From: an uncultured Bacteroidales bacterium
GTDB taxonomy: Bacteria; Bacteroidota; Bacteroidia; Bacteroidales; FEN-979
DNA: 64,000 nucleotides
NCBI GenBank assembly: GCA_903824935.1
Contig: CAIJYT010000281.1
Location: 1,755-65,754 of the forward strand
Direction: 5' to 3'
This document shows positions 60,538 to 64,000 of the stretch, piece by piece (position 1 is the first letter of the stretch; every line of letters starts with the position of its first letter). A program made the translations under genes and the position numbers. The notes below the pieces were generated by a model that saw only the letters and a program-made list of their open reading frames with translations, ran no database searches and was not told where the DNA came from.

Positions 60538-62454
60538 ATGCGAACAAAATTGATGTTATCCCTGTTTATATCAGGGATTTTAACCATGGCTTTCATGATG
60601 GAAGGATGCAAACCCGCTAAACCGGCCCAGGTACGCCAGATACCTGTTGAAGATTTCTTCAGGAACCCTGAAAAAGCACGTTACCAGATATCTCCCGACG
60701 GGAAGTATTTCTCGTACATGGCTCCTTATCAGAAAAGGATGAACATTTTTGTACAGGAAACCGGCAAGGATAGTGCTGTAAGGCTAACCTCCGAAACCGA
60801 CCGGGATATTTCCAGCTATTTTTGGAAGAATCCCACCAGGATACTTTTTCTTAAGGATACCGGGGGCGATGAGAATTTTCGTTTATATGGCGTGAACGTA
60901 GACGGCAGCAACCTGAAGTGCTTCACTGATTTTCCAAAAGTACGTACTGAAGTTTTTGATGAGATGGAAAATTTCCCCACCGAAGTGCTTATCGGGCTTA
61001 ATAAGAGAAATCCCCAGGTGTTTGATCCTTTCCGACTGAATATTGAAACCGGAGAGATGAAACAGCTGGCCGAAAACCCGGGCAACATCCAGGGTTGGAT
61101 GATGGATCATGACGGGAAACTCCGGGTGGCAGTGGCTATTGTCGATGGCGTCAACAGCCAGATACTTTACCGCGAGAAAGAGACTGACAAGTTCAAACCG
61201 GTCCTGACCACGAGTTTTAAAGAATCTATGTCTCCTGCATTTTTCACTTTTGACAATAAAAATGTTTATGCGATTTCCAACCTCGGAAGGGATAAATCAG
61301 TGGTATGCGAATTTGACATTGCCAATGGCAAGGAGATCAAAACACTCTATGAAAACCCTGGCTTTGATGTCAGCGGCCTGAATTATTCCAAGAAAAGGAA
61401 AGTGCTTACGACTGCGGAATACGAATCGTCCAAAGCCGAAAAGTATTTCTTTGACGACGAAACAAAGAAGATCTACGAAAGGGTTCAGAAGGAAGTCGGT
61501 GATATGACAATTAACATCCCCTGGTCAACCAAAGCTGAAGATAAGTTCATTGTAAGAGCTTACAGTGACAGATCCCTGGGAGCATATTATATTTATGATA
61601 AGGCAACCGATAAGCTCACCAAGATCGCCGATGTCGGAGAATGGCTCAAGGCAGAAGAGCTCGCCGCGATGATACCCATTGAGTATAAGTCACGCGACGG
61701 CCTGACAATCCAGGGATACCTTACCCTCCCGAACGGGTATACCATGGAGACTGCAAAAGACCTGCCTCTGGTGGCTAACCCCCATGGCGGCCCATGGGCA
61801 CGCGACAGCTGGGGGTTCAATCCCGAAATACAGTTTCTTGCAAACCGGGGTTATGCCGTGTTACAGATGAATTTCAGGGGCTCCACAGGTTATGGAAAAA
61901 AATTCTGGGAAGATTCATTTAAACAATGGGGACTCACGATGCAGGACGACGTAAGTGATGGTGTAAAATGGCTGGTTGGCAAAGGTATTGCCGATCCAAA
62001 ACGGGTAGCCATCTATGGCGGAAGTTACGGTGGTTATGCAACACTGATGGGTATTGTTAAAGATCCTGATCAATATGCTGCTGCTATTGATTATGTAGGG
62101 GTATCGAACATGTTCACCTTTATGAACACTATACCGCCCTACTGGAAGCCCATGATCGACATGTTCCATGAAATGGTGGGTGACCCGAAGAAAGACAGTG
62201 CATTGCTGGCTTCTGTTTCGCCTGTTTTCCATGTTGATCAGATCAAGACTCCCTTATTTATTGCACAGGGGGCCAATGATCCAAGGGTCAATAAAGCTGA
62301 GTCGGATCAGATGGTGGAGGCTTTGAAGAAAAAAGGAGTGGTTGTGGAATACATGGTCAAAGACAATGAAGGCCATGGGTTCCATAATGAGGAGAACCGT
62401 TTTGATTTTTACAGGGCCATGGACAAGTTCCTCGGCGAACATCTGAAAAAATAG
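60538..62454 (+). CDS. S9-family prolyl oligopeptidase / dipeptidyl aminopeptidase
   Basis: Lipoprotein-like signal (MMEGC), N-terminal propeller region, catalytic GGSYGGY, then ...DPRV... and GHGF (Ser-Asp-His order). Confidence 0.85.
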   Translation: MRTKLMLSLFISGILTMAFMMEGCKPAKPAQVRQIPVEDFFRNPEKARYQISPDGKYFSYMAPYQKRMNIFVQETGKDSAVRLTSETDRDISSYFWKNPTRILFLKDTGGDENFRLYGVNVDGSNLKCFTDFPKVRTEVFDEMENFPTEVLIGLNKRNPQVFDPFRLNIETGEMKQLAENPGNIQGWMMDHDGKLRVAVAIVDGVNSQILYREKETDKFKPVLTTSFKESMSPAFFTFDNKNVYAISNLGRDKSVVCEFDIANGKEIKTLYENPGFDVSGLNYSKKRKVLTTAEYESSKAEKYFFDDETKKIYERVQKEVGDMTINIPWSTKAEDKFIVRAYSDRSLGAYYIYDKATDKLTKIADVGEWLKAEELAAMIPIEYKSRDGLTIQGYLTLPNGYTMETAKDLPLVANPHGGPWARDSWGFNPEIQFLANRGYAVLQMNFRGSTGYGKKFWEDSFKQWGLTMQDDVSDGVKWLVGKGIADPKRVAIYGGSYGGYATLMGIVKDPDQYAAAIDYVGVSNMFTFMNTIPPYWKPMIDMFHEMVGDPKKDSALLASVSPVFHVDQIKTPLFIAQGANDPRVNKAESDQMVEALKKKGVVVEYMVKDNEGHGFHNEENRFDFYRAMDKFLGEHLKK

Positions 62455-62468
62455 TTTGAGTAATAATT

Positions 62469-62502
62469 AAACAGCCGCTGTGGGAGACCACAGCGGCTGT
62501 TT
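62469..62502. terminator. bidirectional hairpin terminator between convergent genes
   Basis: Perfect 15-bp stem AAACAGCCGCTGTGG / CCACAGCGGCTGTTT with a GAGA loop. The A/T runs are built into the stem ends. Confidence 0.75.
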
Positions 62503-62529
62503 AATTTACATTTACAGAAAACCAGAGTG

Positions 62530-63627
62530 TCAGACGTATTTTTCTCCTTTTTCAAGCCTGACGTCATTCACGAACTGCCTGATCTGTTGTTCATCGGCTT
62601 TGCGGCAGACAAGCAGCACATTGTCTGATTCCACTACAATATATTCATTCAGGCCTTCAAGAATGACAACTTTGTCGTTAGGCATGTTCACGATGCAATT
62701 GGCAGAGTCATAAAGGATGACATTCTTTCCTACCACGGCGTTTGAATGTTTGTCCTTAGGGCGGTTCTCAAAGAGAGAGCCCCAGGTCCCGAGGTCCGAC
62801 CAGCCGAAATCAGCTGCAAGCAGGTACACATTGCTTGCTTTTTCCATGATCCCATAGTCGATGGAAATACTTTTACAGATGGTATAAGTATCCCTGATGA
62901 AAGCTTTTTCTTTGGGCGTTTTATAAAGTTTCATGCCTTTTTTAAACAGGATATCCACCTCGGGCAGGTGTTCTTCGAAGGCTTTCATGATGCTTTTCAC
63001 CGACCATACGAATATCCCTGAGTTCCAAAGGAAATCCCCGCATTTCAGGAATGTCACTGCAAGTTCATGGTTAGGTTTTTCGGTGAATGTTTTTACCTTT
63101 CTGATCTCCGGGTTTTTGGGATATACTTTGCCTTCGTTGAACTGTATGTAACCGTAACCCGTATCAGGCCTGCTGGGCTTGATGCCGAGGGTAAGCAGCC
63201 AGTCGTTTTCAGCACAGGCTTCAAGCGCTGATTTGATATTGCTGATAAAAATGTCCTCTTTAAGGATTATATGGTCGGAAGGAGCGACAACGATCCTGGC
63301 TTCCGGATCCCGCATGAGAATACGGTAGTTTGCATAAGCGATACAGGGGGCGGTATTCCTCCGTGACGGTTCAAGAAGGATCTGGTCGGGGATCATATCG
63401 GGGATCTGCAAGCGAACAAGGTCAAAATAGATCTCGTTGGTCACAACATAGATGTTTTCCCTTGGGCAGATCTTTTTGAACCTCCTGAAAGTTTGCTGGA
63501 TGAGGGTTTCGCCGGTTCCGAGGATATCAATAAACTGCTTGGGATGGCTGGTCCTGCTCATAGGCCAGAACCGGGCTCCAATCCCCCCGGCCATGATCAC
63601 GCAATAATTGTGTTTTGATTTTGTCAT
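62530..63627 (-). CDS. mannose-1-phosphate guanylyltransferase (nucleotidyltransferase family)
   Basis: N-terminal VIMAGGIGARFWPMSR sugar-nucleotidyltransferase motif. 365 aa. Confidence 0.8.
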   Translation of the reverse strand: MTKSKHNYCVIMAGGIGARFWPMSRTSHPKQFIDILGTGETLIQQTFRRFKKICPRENIYVVTNEIYFDLVRLQIPDMIPDQILLEPSRRNTAPCIAYANYRILMRDPEARIVVAPSDHIILKEDIFISNIKSALEACAENDWLLTLGIKPSRPDTGYGYIQFNEGKVYPKNPEIRKVKTFTEKPNHELAVTFLKCGDFLWNSGIFVWSVKSIMKAFEEHLPEVDILFKKGMKLYKTPKEKAFIRDTYTICKSISIDYGIMEKASNVYLLAADFGWSDLGTWGSLFENRPKDKHSNAVVGKNVILYDSANCIVNMPNDKVVILEGLNEYIVVESDNVLLVCRKADEQQIRQFVNDVRLEKGEKYV

Positions 63628-63760
63628 ACCACCTTGGACTATTCTTATGCAAACTTAATTATTAATCCTGCGAATAACAATATTTTTAATCTCTCCCCGC
63701 TAATTCCACGCAGCTTACTGCGGAATCCTGGGACGGGGCTTGCCCAGGGCTTCTTGCCAT

Positions 63761-64000
63761 TTATAAATTGCCAGGTTCAACCGGCAGGATCATGGCTTCC
63801 GGGCTGAAAAGGTATAAACGATTGGTTTTGAAACACTTACAACGGTATCGTTTCCTGAGTTTGTCCATTTTCAGGAAAACCCGTCCTGAACCTGTCTTGA
63901 AAAATGCACCTTCCTGTATCTCTGTGATGCGGATCAGGTCGCCCGGCGGGTCAAGGGCCTGGAAAAGCCTCTGCAGCCTGCTGTCGCCCGAAGCTGTTGC
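63761..64000 (-). CDS. 3' fragment of a gene running off the window (possibly SprT-like C-terminus)
   Basis: Open minus-strand frame from 64000 to TAA (63761-63763): ...DLIRITEIQEGAFFKTGSGRVFLKMDKLRKRYRCKCFKTNRLYLFSPEAMILPVEPGNL. The product guess is a weak recollection. Confidence 0.4.
   Translation of the reverse strand, partial: ATASGDSRLQRLFQALDPPGDLIRITEIQEGAFFKTGSGRVFLKMDKLRKRYRCKCFKTNRLYLFSPEAMILPVEPGNL

Noticed and set aside
63628-63760. An imperfect nested hairpin (CCCCG...CGGGG enclosing ATTCCGCAG/CTGCGTGGAAT) downstream of the partial minus-strand gene, considered as a terminator or small RNA.
   Set aside because: The stem has a bulge and no U-tract follows on the minus strand. 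The evidence is too weak to annotate.
1-64000. Search for mobile elements, prophage, integrases, toxin-antitoxin pairs, restriction-modification or other known defence systems.
   Set aside because: No ORF shows transposase, integrase, recombinase, phage structural, nuclease-helicase or methylase-endonuclease signatures that I can recognise. The tRNA-Gln is not flanked by an integrase or direct repeats. The methyltransferases present look like RNA or small-molecule enzymes.

Overview
The window looks like an origin-proximal stretch of a Bacteroidota chromosome. Supporting signs are T9SS-type C-terminal sorting domains, a GldH-like lipoprotein, an S46 peptidase, BACON-like repeats and TAnnTTTG promoter-like motifs. 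I call about 50 protein genes and one tRNA-Gln(CUG) directly downstream of glnS. I recognised no rRNA, CRISPR array, transposase, integrase or known defence genes. Most genes are housekeeping (folB, glnS, gltX, ybeY, mnmG, asd, rnr, hemW-like, RNA-modification enzymes), envelope or secreted proteins, three sensor kinases and several peptidases. Two things stand out. (1) A ~9.3-kb minus-strand cluster (19431-28748) combines a Crp/Fnr regulator with consensus FNR boxes, a hexahaem lipoprotein with a collagen-like N-terminus, a small lipoprotein, an outer-membrane-type beta-barrel and a monohaem cytochrome c. It continues with a heptahaem membrane-anchored cytochrome c, a b-type cytochrome, a Tat-dependent NrfC-like polyferredoxin, an NrfD-like membrane subunit, a bitopic protein and a riboflavin-kinase-only gene. 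It has no recognisable canonical catalytic subunit, so it is my best candidate for an undescribed respiratory or trans-envelope electron-transfer system. (2) Two perfect 16-bp parS consensus sites in inverted orientation bracket mnmG. Other points are two genes split by apparent single-site frameshifts, a cutinase/PETase-like T9SS esterase, an OlsF-like fused acyltransferase, a GH3-LysE-S46 peptidase gene string, and a 1439-aa T9SS cargo with five tandem BACON-like repeats. All functional calls rest on motif and architecture recognition by eye; no database search was possible.
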